A DNA stretch of 64,000 nt from a virus. Lineage: Duplodnaviria; Caudoviricetes. Made by a program: the position numbers and the translations under genes. Positions within the stretch are counted from its first letter, which is position 1. Each line of letters begins with the position of its first letter. The notes under the pieces were generated by a model. The model saw only the letters and a program-made list of their open reading frames with translations. It searched no databases and was not told the DNA's origin. Location: positions 78,117-142,116 of the IMG/VR virus record IMGVR_UViG_3300022671_000005. One strand, written 5' to 3'. Below are positions 8,580 through 19,400 of this stretch, piece by piece.

Positions 8580-11129
8580 TTAGGTTATAGTCACACCTTC
8601 ATTGTAAGATGTTGGAACTGCTATACCTTCAGGATTAAGACACACTACTTGACTGTTAGCAAATGAAGTAAATAATGAACTAAAATGATTTACTAATATA
8701 AGTTGTCTTATTAACCCCTGTCTTATAAGCATGGATAGTAAAGTTAGTAGATTGCCTCTATGTGTAGCTGCAAATCCACTATCTACTTCATCCAACTTCA
8801 TTGGGAACTTATTACACAAACTCATATGTACACATAGTGCCAAGGTAAAAGCGAGATTTAACATCTCTTGTTCACCTTTAGAACACATTGATAAATCTTT
8901 AACTCCACTTTTATTATGTAAAGTTATTGGGAAATTGAAATCTAAAGTTTTATCTTCAGACAATTCCTTGAAGCTAAGATCATAATTCCAAACAATAGAT
9001 ATATATTCATTAGCTGTTCGGAAAATGGAATTAATAAATCTAGTCATATAGATATGTGGTATTCCAGTATTAGGAGATAACGCAGCTTCCAACATATCCA
9101 GATTAGATTTATCGTTACGAAGCTTTTTAAGATTGGGATTGATCTCTTCATTCAACCTTATTCTAAGATGTGATTGTTCTTTCAATGTTGAAGCAATACC
9201 AGACTGTTTATTGGAAGCAGCTTGCTTATACTCTTTTAAAGAACCTATCAAACCTTGTAGATAAGATATTCTCTGAGTTATAGAATCAGAATTTACTCTA
9301 GCCATTGTTTCATCAGCAAAGTCCTTGAAACTACTTCGTATTTTAGATAACTTTTTATAGTTTACTAATTGTTTATCAAGCACCTTGTACTCTCTGTCAA
9401 ATACTTTGAATTTATCTTGTAACTCTTTTAACTCAGAACGTTTGCCTACAAGACCTTTTGATATCAATTGTTTTGTTGGGAGCTTATTCTCCAACAACAC
9501 CTTCAATCTATACTTAACAGATTTAAGGTCTTTTTGAATCTTTTCAACATTAGCAATGGCCCTTGAGTTAGCATACACCCTAGCAATAGTGTTATACACT
9601 TTAGATGCATTATCACTCAATGAATCAATAAATGCGTCTAACGAATCTGATATACATGCACACCAACTATTGGCATTGTAGAAATTCTCCATGTACTGGA
9701 TAGATCCTAACAATTGTCTAGAAGGCGATATTTCAGTAATAAGATTATTTTTCTTATCACGCAATGTCTCTAATGATTTTTCATGAACTCTGATAGTTCT
9801 TTCTAAATCTAATAACTCTTTTTCCAATCCAGATATAGTGTAATCAAAATTAGTTCTTAAAGGACATTTCAAATTGCACGACTTATCAGGAGTCAACACC
9901 TTTTGTTTTTTAATCTTGTCCCTTATGAGATTAGCATTCTTCTTAAGTCTATCTACATCTGATGCTAAACTAGCACCTTCACGATTTATATTGACAAGAT
10001 CAGATTCCCTTTCTGATATAACTCTAGATGGTAATATCCTTGACTCACAACTAAATAAAGCAGTTATGTGTTCATTCATATTTATCAATATAGTGTCGTG
10101 ATCATTCGGTAGATTTATAACTGGGAGATTAGTATCAATTTTGATTTCATTACAGGTGTCTTCTAAACCCTGTATCTCCAACCTAGTCTTTTTAATCTCT
10201 GAGTCAATATCGTCATTATCCAAGTCTTCATACTCATCTATTTCTTTTATGAGTTTCTTTATCTGAGTATTTAAGTCATTAAGAGTAGACTCTCTCATAG
10301 TCATAGAAGACTCTATAATACCAACTTTAGAAATAACATCTGGAGTACCAAACATTATATCATTTGGTATGGATCTAAGATCTTTCTTGAGAATCTCAGT
10401 TCTAATATCAAACTCTTCTTTATCAAAATCTTTTAAATCAGGATTGTAGTCATCGTGTTGTTTTAATAACTCGATATCCTGGTTCAATCTATACATCCAT
10501 GAATCAATATTAGCTTGGAATTCAACAAGTTCTTTATCAAGCTTAGTTAGTGACTTGTACTCTTCTTCATCCATCAACTTATCGGTAACTTCTTGAAGTC
10601 TGACCTTCATCATTTTAATATTGGACTTTATCGATCTGAGTTTGGATGATACTTTTTTATGGTAATTCAAAACGAAAGTTAGATCTGATGGGTAACATGC
10701 AAGCAATATATCTTTTCTAGCAGCTCTAGTCGTTGCAGACAAATTCATATTACCGCTAGTAAGATCCCTAACAAGATTATTCATACCAAAATGAGATTCA
10801 CATAGACTGATTTGTGCTGTACTATTTTCAGATAGATTTAGATTTTCACCATTAAAAATAAATTTATGTATACCTTTAGATTTTGTAAATTCGGATCTCA
10901 ATATGTACTCATTACCTTCATGAGAAACATATAGCTCTTTATAACCTTCATCTTCAAAGTCTGAACTCTGTGGTGGGAACACTGTCATCATTCTTAAGAC
11001 ACTAGATTTACCACTACCATTATTACCTATAATGGGAATAACTGATGACAGCATATCTATAGATAATGTTGTAGTATCACTATGAAGTAATGGAATGTAT
11101 TTGTGTAAAATCAACTTTTCAAATTTCAT
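8580..11129 (-). CDS. sbcC: SbcC/Rad50-like SMC ATPase
   Basis: Walker A GNNGSGKSS, long coiled coils with central CNLKCP hook, signature CSKGEQ, Walker B/D-loop LDEVDSG, H-loop VNH. Confidence 0.9.
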   Translation of the reverse strand: MKFEKLILHKYIPLLHSDTTTLSIDMLSSVIPIIGNNGSGKSSVLRMMTVFPPQSSDFEDEGYKELYVSHEGNEYILRSEFTKSKGIHKFIFNGENLNLSENSTAQISLCESHFGMNNLVRDLTSGNMNLSATTRAARKDILLACYPSDLTFVLNYHKKVSSKLRSIKSNIKMMKVRLQEVTDKLMDEEEYKSLTKLDKELVEFQANIDSWMYRLNQDIELLKQHDDYNPDLKDFDKEEFDIRTEILKKDLRSIPNDIMFGTPDVISKVGIIESSMTMRESTLNDLNTQIKKLIKEIDEYEDLDNDDIDSEIKKTRLEIQGLEDTCNEIKIDTNLPVINLPNDHDTILINMNEHITALFSCESRILPSRVISERESDLVNINREGASLASDVDRLKKNANLIRDKIKKQKVLTPDKSCNLKCPLRTNFDYTISGLEKELLDLERTIRVHEKSLETLRDKKNNLITEISPSRQLLGSIQYMENFYNANSWCACISDSLDAFIDSLSDNASKVYNTIARVYANSRAIANVEKIQKDLKSVKYRLKVLLENKLPTKQLISKGLVGKRSELKELQDKFKVFDREYKVLDKQLVNYKKLSKIRSSFKDFADETMARVNSDSITQRISYLQGLIGSLKEYKQAASNKQSGIASTLKEQSHLRIRLNEEINPNLKKLRNDKSNLDMLEAALSPNTGIPHIYMTRFINSIFRTANEYISIVWNYDLSFKELSEDKTLDFNFPITLHNKSGVKDLSMCSKGEQEMLNLAFTLALCVHMSLCNKFPMKLDEVDSGFAATHRGNLLTLLSMLIRQGLIRQLILVNHFSSLFTSFANSQVVCLNPEGIAVPTSYNEGVTIT

Positions 11130-11215
11130 TAGTATATCCTTTATATTCCTTTTTATATGATAGATTGTAAATCTACTTATTTATGTTGATGGTTAATATT
11201 CAATATATATTCACG

Positions 11216-11234
11216 TATATATTACTTTTGTGAA
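11216..11234 (+). promoter_or_regulatory. Early-type promoter TATATATTAC-N5-TGAA
   Basis: tatatattac-ttttg-tgaa; five copies with identical spacing in the window; contains the phiKZ early core TATATTAC. Confidence 0.65.
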
Positions 11235-11275
11235 TAAATAGCTAGTTTAATTTCATGTTATTTATATCACCTTGC

Positions 11276-11311
11276 ATCATCTATACATATTTTAAAATAT
11301 GTATAGATGAT
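11276..11311. repeat. 36-bp perfect palindrome in a divergent intergenic region
   Basis: atcatctatacatatttt|aaaatatgtatagatgat. Confidence 0.7.
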
Positions 11312-11446
11312 ATTACTTTATGTGTACATGAATATTATTTTTGTTCAATATACCCAGTATACTTAAAAATAAATTGAAGGCTTTATGTTATAGGGCATAA
11401 AGTCCTCTTACTAGTAAGAAACAACCAAACCGAAAGGAGTCCCCAA

Positions 11447-11854
11447 ATGAAAGAATTCATGGGACAAGAAGTCACCACTAAGGAGACTGACGCGAAGGAC
11501 ACACATCGTGTGTCTAAGAAAGGACAACACAAGATCTTTGCAGATCTTGGAGTGACTGATGAAGTACGCAAATCGTATGAAAATGCACAAGACAAAATCA
11601 TTGAGAAGGGTCTCAATGCAGTCGCTGAAGAAGCAAGGAAAAGCAAGAAGCGACAAGAGCTTATTGTTGGTACTGGCAATGGTTCCATTACCTGTACTGT
11701 CAAAGAAAAGCAAGTCAGCATTGATCCTAAAACAAAGAAACCTATTGTTAAGTATGCTGTGCCTGGTGCTCGGGTTGCTCGTAAACTGAGTAAAGGTGTC
11801 AAAGACAAATTTGCTGAAGAACATGCAGGACTGCAGAAAGTATTTAAGTCATAA
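11447..11854 (+). CDS. Divergent HU/IHF-like DNA-binding protein
   Basis: Basic 135 aa; GTGNGSITCTVKEKQVSIDPKTKKPIV...KLSKGVKD follows the HU arm pattern (GFGTF...RNPxTGExI...KxLKD); strong SD aaggag. Confidence 0.55.
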   Translation: MKEFMGQEVTTKETDAKDTHRVSKKGQHKIFADLGVTDEVRKSYENAQDKIIEKGLNAVAEEARKSKKRQELIVGTGNGSITCTVKEKQVSIDPKTKKPIVKYAVPGARVARKLSKGVKDKFAEEHAGLQKVFKS

Positions 11855-11882
11855 CTGACTTAATACGATCTATAGTTATCTG

Positions 11883-11917
11883 TACAGTGCTAGTGTCGTT
11901 ACGACACTAGCACTGTA
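11883..11917. terminator. Long hairpin followed by T-tract
   Basis: tacagtgctagtgtcgt-t-acgacactagcactgta, then gtttttattttt. Confidence 0.7.
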
Positions 11918-12027
11918 GTTTTATTTTTTATTTTTTACATGACATAATATAAGAAATTGCTATTTCTACTCCCATCGTACCACAATTATATTTAATCCAA
12001 CTAGAACCCACACATGGGAGAGTATAT

Positions 12028-12633
12028 ATGTCTCGTGCGACAATAGTTCGTCAACTTAATATAGATCCAGCATTATCACATCTTGGCTGGTCTATAACTG
12101 ATTATAATGTAGAACAAGGTGTGATGTCAGTATATAGATTTGGAACATTGGAAGCCACTAGGATAGTTAGTAAAGTGGCATTTAAGGAAGAAGTTGAAAT
12201 GTACACTAAAAGAATGGTTACCTTAAAAATGATAAGGGATCATTTCAAACTTCTAATGGGTGAATTTAAACCCGATTTTGTAACATCAGAAGATGCATTT
12301 ATGTATATGAGAAGACCTACGGCATTCTCTGCATTAATACAATGTATATCTACTATTGAATTCTTTCTAATGAATGAGTATAAAAAGAAGTTGTATAGAG
12401 TTGCTCCTAAAGCTGCTAAACATTGTTTAACAGGATCAGGCTCTGTGGGTAAAGACCCTATACAACAAACTATTTTTACTAAGGATGATATAGTTTTTAA
12501 ACAAAGAAAGCAAGCTGAAAAGCTAGGTGAACATGAAGCTGATAGTATATCTGTAGGTTATTTCTTTTGTAAGAATATACTTCCTGGTATAATCGCTCAA
12601 CCTCAATTGATTAAAGAAAAAATCAAAAATTAA
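12028..12633 (+). CDS. ruvC: RuvC-like Holliday junction resolvase
   Basis: NIDPALSHLGWS, VTSEDAF, K...TGSG...K and HEADS match the RuvC catalytic motifs. Confidence 0.85.
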   Translation: MSRATIVRQLNIDPALSHLGWSITDYNVEQGVMSVYRFGTLEATRIVSKVAFKEEVEMYTKRMVTLKMIRDHFKLLMGEFKPDFVTSEDAFMYMRRPTAFSALIQCISTIEFFLMNEYKKKLYRVAPKAAKHCLTGSGSVGKDPIQQTIFTKDDIVFKQRKQAEKLGEHEADSISVGYFFCKNILPGIIAQPQLIKEKIKN

Positions 12634-12646
12634 ATAAGGACCTACC

Positions 12647-12850
12647 ATGGTAGAAGTTCCAATATATACAGATACTGATAATCCAGAGATTTGTGACAAT
12701 TGTAGAAACAGAAATGATCATGGGACACTGAGCCCATGCTTGAACACATCTACAAATTGTACTATGATGGTTTGTAAAAAATGTTTAGATGAAAATGATA
12801 ATCTCATTCCAGTAGAAGAATGCTTCCCATCTAACGATGTTGTGATGTGA
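12647..12850 (+). CDS. Small Cys-rich protein, putative Zn-binding
   Basis: CDNC, C, C, CKKC and C in 67 aa; SD aagga. Confidence 0.55.
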   Translation: MVEVPIYTDTDNPEICDNCRNRNDHGTLSPCLNTSTNCTMMVCKKCLDENDNLIPVEECFPSNDVVM

Positions 12851-12866
12851 TATTACTACGTTTTAC

Positions 12867-12898
12867 AGTACAGTACAGTCCATGGACTGTACTGTACT
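12867..12898. terminator. 32-bp perfect palindrome
   Basis: agtacagtacagtcca|tggactgtactgtact. Confidence 0.65.
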
Positions 12899-12924
12899 TA
12901 CTATGTAGTTCTTTATTTTTCATG

Positions 12925-12943
12925 TATATATTACTAATGTGAA
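12925..12943 (+). promoter_or_regulatory. Early-type promoter TATATATTAC-N5-TGAA
   Basis: tatatattac-taatg-tgaa ahead of a run of small genes. Confidence 0.65.
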
Positions 12944-12980
12944 CTGTGGTAAAACAAACAATCTCAAAAGGAGAATTATC

Positions 12981-13124
12981 ATGAATGTGATAGTAACTGT
13001 TGTATGTGATATTGTCGGTCTCATCATTGGTGAACGTGCCTACTAGACAAGCAAACGTCAAGTCATTGAGAAGGCTGCTGTTAAGGTAAATCAAACAAAC
13101 AAAACCGTAACATTCAATCTGTAA
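12981..13124 (+). pseudogene. Small ORF with in-frame TAG (21-aa peptide, or 47 codons if read through)
   Basis: SD aaaggag; MNVIVTVVCDIVGLIIGERAY-TAG(13044-13046)-TSKRQVIEKAAVKVNQTNKTVTFNL-TAA; the TAA overlaps the SD of the next gene. Confidence 0.4.
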
Positions 13125-13137
13125 GGATATTAAAACA

Positions 13138-13446
13138 ATGGATGTAGATGAAAGAACTTTTATTGAGGACGCCAAGAACTTCCTTGGTGTTGTAACAGAT
13201 TTGATGGAATCTAAACGTGAACCTCGAACTCGACGTTTCGATAGTGGCATGGTCGTAGATAAATATACGATTGATGGAGCAGAATATTATGTTGTCAGCT
13301 TGAATGGTAATCAAATGTTCTCGATCAAACAAGGCGACTTGAAGTGGGTTGCTAGAGATAATGAAGGTAATACTGTTGCAAGCAGTAGATATCGTCACGA
13401 CGTGTTTGATGACTTGAATAGGTTGATAAAAGAATTTGAGGATTAA
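13138..13446 (+). CDS. Hypothetical protein
   Basis: 102-aa ORF with SD taagga. Confidence 0.65.
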   Translation: MDVDERTFIEDAKNFLGVVTDLMESKREPRTRRFDSGMVVDKYTIDGAEYYVVSLNGNQMFSIKQGDLKWVARDNEGNTVASSRYRHDVFDDLNRLIKEFED

Positions 13447-13732
13447 AATTATGTTAGGATTAAAAGTATTGTCATTTACTTTAGGTGACTTTTTAGTTAC
13501 CAAAAAGTATGGCAGAGAAAACCGAACAAATTGGTACGAGATATCTGAACCTACTTCAAGTATTGGAGCAAAATATCTTGTAATTCAAGACTCTAATGGG
13601 ACATGGTGTCTAAAAACACCAAGTGGTCTTATCTTAGAGACTTCCCTAAAACATCATGTTTTATTCGACAGGTTTAGACCTAAAGAAGAAAAAGAAATCA
13701 AACTTGAAGAGGAGTGCGGAAATGTCGAATAA
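13436..13732 (+). CDS. Hypothetical protein
   Basis: Tightly packed ORF; start may be ATG 13451. Confidence 0.55.
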   Translation: MRIKIMLGLKVLSFTLGDFLVTKKYGRENRTNWYEISEPTSSIGAKYLVIQDSNGTWCLKTPSGLILETSLKHHVLFDRFRPKEEKEIKLEEECGNVE

Positions 13733-13880
13733 TTTATCACCAGAAGAAATAATCGTAAACATTCTTTGTGAATATTTTAAAGTGGCATTAATATCCCACC
13801 TTGGATTGTTCCGTGGATTGTGTTACGTTCGAGTAACCGACAACAAATCGTATCACTGTATCGTGAATTGGTATAAATAA
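13722..13880 (+). CDS. Small hypothetical protein
   Basis: SD gaggag before ATG 13722; 52 aa. Confidence 0.45.
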   Translation: MSNNLSPEEIIVNILCEYFKVALISHLGLFRGLCYVRVTDNKSYHCIVNWYK

Positions 13881-13902
13881 GAAAGTATAAGGAGGCAAAT
13901 AA

Positions 13903-14532
13903 ATGAAATTCGATAAAACAGATATTAGGAACATGGTTGTGTTCCTTATTGTTGAAGTTATCGCGCTTGCTTGTATCGGAGGAATGGTACAAGCTAATAG
14001 TGAAGTTCAGATTCCAGTCTCACAGGAGAGACTCGAAAAAATGATGGATTCACATAAACTGGAACCAAGGGTTCTTGGTATACCAAAAAGCCCAGTAAAA
14101 GAGGAAGAAGAGGAGCCTAAACCTAAGAAAAATAATAGACCAGATACTCCTATCTCAAAGTCATTATTGAATGGTTTGTGCTTACAGGAAAGTAATAATA
14201 ATCCCAACGCTTTAGGTGATTTCAGAAATGGAAAACCTATGGCTAAGGGAATATTGCAAATATGGCCAGCCTATGTTAAAGATGTCAATAGAGTGTATGG
14301 AACTTCTTATACACACAACGATATGTTCAATAAAGAGAAAGCCATTGATACAACCATCAAGTACTTAACGCATTATGGTAAAAGATATACTCGTCTAACT
14401 GGGAAGCAACCTACAGACGAAGTGTATGCTAGGATTCATAATTCAGGTCCTAATGGTTGGAAAGATGATGGTTCTAGACTGTCTGTAAACGCTAATAAAT
14501 ATTGGGTTAGGCTTAAGCCTAAACTCGATTAG
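13903..14532 (+). CDS. Membrane-anchored lysozyme-fold enzyme resembling i-type lysozyme/destabilase
   Basis: N-terminal hydrophobic helix, charged linker, CLQES...GD...GILQIWPAYVKD and YARIHNSGPNG...KYW. Confidence 0.75.
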   Translation: MKFDKTDIRNMVVFLIVEVIALACIGGMVQANSEVQIPVSQERLEKMMDSHKLEPRVLGIPKSPVKEEEEEPKPKKNNRPDTPISKSLLNGLCLQESNNNPNALGDFRNGKPMAKGILQIWPAYVKDVNRVYGTSYTHNDMFNKEKAIDTTIKYLTHYGKRYTRLTGKQPTDEVYARIHNSGPNGWKDDGSRLSVNANKYWVRLKPKLD

Positions 14533-14533
14533 C

Positions 14534-14570
14534 AAAATAAAAGCCCATCAACCAGGGCTTTTATTTTTTT
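14534..14570 (+). terminator. Classic intrinsic terminator
   Basis: aaaataaaagccc-atcaacca-gggcttttatttttttt. Confidence 0.8.
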
Positions 14571-14660
14571 TCTTTCAATGTGACAATCTCTGTTGGATAG
14601 TGGCGATTATATGGTGCAGATTTATATACCATTAACACAATATAAGAATGAGGTTTCACA

Positions 14661-15164
14661 ATGGATATCAATTTAAATACTAAACCAGAAGAAGTACCTA
14701 TTGTTCAACTAAGACCTGACAAATCTAAGCTTATAGATAAAGATCCTTGGTGGACTAACCTGACCACTATTCATTTTGAAATCAATGGAGTCAAGCATTC
14801 TATACGACCAGGATTTGTTACTAATCTAGGATCCGTTCCAAAGCTAGTGAGGCATATAGTAGATCCCTCTGATGAATCTATGTTAGCCTTTATCATACAT
14901 GACTACTTATATTCTAAATCCGTCACTGGTATAAGTAGAAAGGATGCAGACAAAGCATTGTACAAAATTGCCCTTATATGTGAACAAGATAGGTTGGAAG
15001 CTGGCCTAACATGGCTAGGCGTTAGAGTGGGAGGTTGGATACCATTTAAAAAATTCAATTCAAAATATATAGCTATCAAACCAGAACTTCTTCAAAAAGT
15101 ATGTGAAGATAACATGTTCATACCAAACGTTAATAATTACCCAGGAATAGATAAGGTGAAATGA
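14661..15164 (+). CDS. DUF1353-family protein
   Basis: [27 protein letters not shown] and VRVGGW. Confidence 0.75.
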   Translation: MDINLNTKPEEVPIVQLRPDKSKLIDKDPWWTNLTTIHFEINGVKHSIRPGFVTNLGSVPKLVRHIVDPSDESMLAFIIHDYLYSKSVTGISRKDADKALYKIALICEQDRLEAGLTWLGVRVGGWIPFKKFNSKYIAIKPELLQKVCEDNMFIPNVNNYPGIDKVK

Positions 15165-16108
15165 AAATAGAACAGCGACCAATACGAGACTTTAATTGTC
15201 CATTAAAACATATTGAAATAGAGAAGGATTGTATTCTCAATACAGGTGTTAGACATGACGTTACTGGAAATCTAACATTAAAACTTCCTAATGTTGAAAC
15301 AGTTGAATTGAAATCTCTTATTGGCGTTCGTCAAATTTCTGGAGAAAGTATATTAGTAGATCGTTATTCCCATTACCTAGACAAAGGATCACCTTTCAAT
15401 ACGTTTGAATTGAAAGAGGGTATTCAGGTTGTCTTACAACTTCAAAACTTTATAGGTAAACGTAGATGGATAATAGTTGATAAGAAAACCATATCTACCA
15501 AACGTGTTATTAAACCTAAGTCAATACCTGAGTCTAAAGTTGAAGTTAAATACATAAAAGGTGACATGGGTAAACCAGGTCCTCGTGGTGATATAGGACC
15601 TCAAGGTCCACCAGGACCAAGAGGTATAATAGGTAAGAAAGGTAATCGAGGCATAAAGGGTAGACAGGGCCAAAGAGGATTGCGTGGTCATAGAGGTCTG
15701 CCTGGTATAAATGGGACCAATGGTAAGGATGGGATAAATGCTGACTCATTCTTAAGGTTACATATACCTGGTGAAATTATTTTTTGTGATGATCTACATA
15801 ATATCAAACACGATATGTCTTATCGTTATTTTGGTAAAGACGCAACAATAAAAAGAGTAATAATCCAGATGGGTTATAACTTTGATAGAGGTGGTGTAGT
15901 TCTTGACTTACTAATTAATGATAAGATTTCACCTTTTAAACATCCTCTAACTTTACATGAAGGTCAAGATATATGTGTCACACCAAAGATAAAAGAAAAT
16001 ATTGTTCTTAGAGATGGTGATAAAATATCGATTCCTTGTATAGTTAGTGGATTTGATACTACAAACAATTTACTAATATTAATAGAATACACATATGGAG
16101 GTGTTTAA
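15161..16108 (+). CDS. Collagen-like repeat fibre protein
   Basis: 20 consecutive Gly-X-Y triplets at 15560-15739. Confidence 0.8.
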   Translation: MKIEQRPIRDFNCPLKHIEIEKDCILNTGVRHDVTGNLTLKLPNVETVELKSLIGVRQISGESILVDRYSHYLDKGSPFNTFELKEGIQVVLQLQNFIGKRRWIIVDKKTISTKRVIKPKSIPESKVEVKYIKGDMGKPGPRGDIGPQGPPGPRGIIGKKGNRGIKGRQGQRGLRGHRGLPGINGTNGKDGINADSFLRLHIPGEIIFCDDLHNIKHDMSYRYFGKDATIKRVIIQMGYNFDRGGVVLDLLINDKISPFKHPLTLHEGQDICVTPKIKENIVLRDGDKISIPCIVSGFDTTNNLLILIEYTYGGV

Positions 16109-16471
16109 ATGCTATACACCATAGCAGACATCGAAACTGTTTTTGAAATAGAGCAAACGTTGGCTCTAGGTGGAAACATAGTCGGTGCTGCAAATACAAA
16201 ATATACTTCCAATGGTGCATACACTGTTGACTTACCACCTCCGGAAGGTGTTGGTTCTGTTCCACTAGGAAGTGCAATAATAATCGATCAAGTTTCAGGA
16301 ACTGGTACTGTTTCAGACAACGTGTCTGTATTTGGCTTGGATGATGAAATGGGAGAGAATATAGTCGAAGTAGACGTTGATCCTGGAACAAAATTTGGAG
16401 TGATGTTAGTCATAGCTTACGGAAGAAAGCAATGGATGATGTTGCCACAATACCTAGTTGACAATGCTTAA
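16109..16471 (+). CDS. Small virion-appendage protein, paralog of the N-terminal domain of 16498-20199
   Basis: Shares IEQxLAL, NTKYT, PLGS, QxSG and YGRxxW with the next gene. Confidence 0.65.
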   Translation: MLYTIADIETVFEIEQTLALGGNIVGAANTKYTSNGAYTVDLPPPEGVGSVPLGSAIIIDQVSGTGTVSDNVSVFGLDDEMGENIVEVDVDPGTKFGVMLVIAYGRKQWMMLPQYLVDNA

Positions 16472-16497
16472 ATATATGACCAAAAGAGGATTTTTAT

Positions 16498-19400
16498 ATG
16501 AGTATACCTATCTACAATGAGCTGTTGGTGAACTACACAATAGAGCAGGAACTTGCTCTATCTGGTAGTATCACTGCACAAACAAATACAAAGTATACTG
16601 CCAGTGGTAGTTATACTTTAAATCTACCAAATGTTTTGACCACTCCCCTAGGTTCTGTTATTATAGTTGAACAATCTTCTGGAACAACTACTGTTGAAGA
16701 TCATACCTCTAGACGAGATTTATTTGATGAGGATGAAGAGCTTGATACGGATACTGTAGAATCTGGTGAAACTGAAGGTTACTATTTACATTACTCCTAC
16801 GGTAGGAGAATGTGGGTTAAGTTAAACAACATTCTATTTTCGGAAGGTGGAGGTGGTGGTGGAACTGCTGACCCACTTGAAGTATTCACAGTTGCAGACA
16901 TCACCACTAGAGATGCTTTACCTATAGGTGTTGCACCAGGAGAGGTTTCAGAAGGTGATGTAGCTGTTGTCTTAGATTCTGATGGTGAAGGTACTAAACA
17001 GAATTACACATATTTCACTGCCACAGGTTGGATATTATCAACTGAACTCACAAGTACTTATACAGAAACATTCTTTGCTGCTGATGTGGCTGGGAGAGAT
17101 CTTCTCCCTACAGGAACAGGCGTCAATAATGTAAGTATTGGTGATAACGTCATTGTTGCCGACGGTGACGGTAATGGTAATAAGGTAGTGTTTCAGTGGA
17201 CTGGTGCTGGTGGATATGTTATTGTATTTTCTGAAGCTAACCAAGCAGAAGAGATTTTTACTGTAGCTGACATTACAGAACGTGATGCATTGACCATTGG
17301 TCCTGGAGTTGATGAAGTGTCTAATGGTGACACTGTCAAAGTCCTTGATTATAATGGTTATGGATATTCAGCGCTGTACACTTACTATGACGATACTGGA
17401 TACGTGTTAACGTCCACATACGGTAACGAAGCTCTAGAGAAACTAGGTAGTGAAACATCTGAAGTCACAGGCTTTGTTGACAACGACGCTATCGTAAGTA
17501 GTTATAATTCTACAACACGACAAATCACATTAACTCACCCATCTGGTGAAATAAAGTATGTTTGGAGAAATACGGTAAGATCCTTAGCTTCACCATATGT
17601 TTCACCATCACATCCTGATGTTAATGATAATTACTTTTTATCTATGGTTGATGGATCTAACCCAACATGGAGTACTACACCTTGGGAATTTCATCATATT
17701 CAAATGGGATTTGTGTCATATAATAAAATCCCCAGTGTTGAAATTGGTGTAAGAGAAACTCACGGTATCATGCCATATGAAACACATAGAGAATTACATT
17801 TCAACTTTGGAACATGGAAAGAAGATGGTTCTGGTAAATTAACTACTGGAACTTATATTTTAAATGATGATACAGACGATGGATCTATCACCCCAGGCGT
17901 TGATGTCGCATACTTGAACGATGAGGACCTTAGGTCAACACTGGCCACATTGTTGCAAGGTACATATACTGTTCATTATTTAAATGGTGCTGGAGTATCA
18001 TCTTTTTCTGTAGATGAACCTTTGCCATTCAGAACAGATGGTACTTGGATATACGCCAACCCAAAGGTTGGTAGTGTTTATACTGATACACCTTTGTCTA
18101 ACGGAGAGTTTGTAAACGTTTGGTGTATCATGATTCCTACCATGTCAGATGTAACATCTCAAAAGTTTAGGTTTGTCTGGCAGACAGGTCAACATATTTA
18201 CAATAGTCTAGAAGCAGCATTGCAAGAAACCACCCAATCTTTAAATCTTGGAGACTTGGGTATTCTTTCTGCTGAGTTTACAGTTGGAATAAGATTAACC
18301 TTTGAAGCCAAAAACGTATATAGTACTAGTGGTAATGCAGTAATTGCCAACGTTGATTATATTTCTGGTACTTCAAAAAACTTACTAACTGGAACTGGTA
18401 CAACAGAACTTAGTCAAGCATTGTTAGATGTTGCTGACTTAACACTTGAACAAACAGGTTTTGTTGATAATGACAATGTTGGTGTTTCATATAATAAAAC
18501 CAATAGAACTATAACTCTAACACATCCATCTGGTATAATCAATTATCTCTGGAGAGATAGAATAAGACAGTTGACATCACCGTGGACGTCGGATCCACAT
18601 ACTGATGCAGCAGGTGTCTATTATCTTAAATCTAGTGATGGTGTGAACTTCACTTGGGAAAATGACAGACATCCTTATTCAGATTTGCTAGTAGCATATG
18701 TTGCATACCAAATGCCTAATGTTACAGATGGTGGATCAATAAAACTACTATATGGATTTATGCAACATGATTCCCAACATGTACTTTCCCATATAGCGGG
18801 TGCTTTTAAAGAACCTAATACTGGCGAATTAACAGTTGGCACATTTACAATAGAGCCTGCTACCCCAACAGACGCAGACAATACTCCTGGTGTAGATTCA
18901 ACAACTGTTGTCGATCAAGATCTAACAACAATTTTGCCTGCTCTTACACAAGGGTCTTATACACAACACGTGTTGGGAGTTGGAGGTGAGTCTACCTTTA
19001 TCAAAGGAGCTTCTTTCCCATTTAAGGTTGATGGTTCTGATACATTGGTGGCTAATATAGCAGACACTAATGGAGACTACACTGATGTGGTTGTTCCTAA
19101 TGGTAAGTTTGTTAATTTGTATCTCATCGCCATACCTGTTGCAGACGATGTAGATTCTCAATCATATCGGTATATATGGCAGATTGGTCAAAAGATTCAT
19201 TCTGCTATAGACTTGGCAAAATCGGAATCCCCAATCGAGTTAGATCTAGGAGAAATGCAAGAGTTAGCTATCAATTTTGTAGTGTTAGCTAAACTCACAT
19301 TAATTGTTCGTTCAAGTTATACCACCACTGGAAAATGCCGTATTGAAAATGTACAGTATTATCAAGGAGTGAATTCTGTTCTCATCTCTCAAGAAATGAG

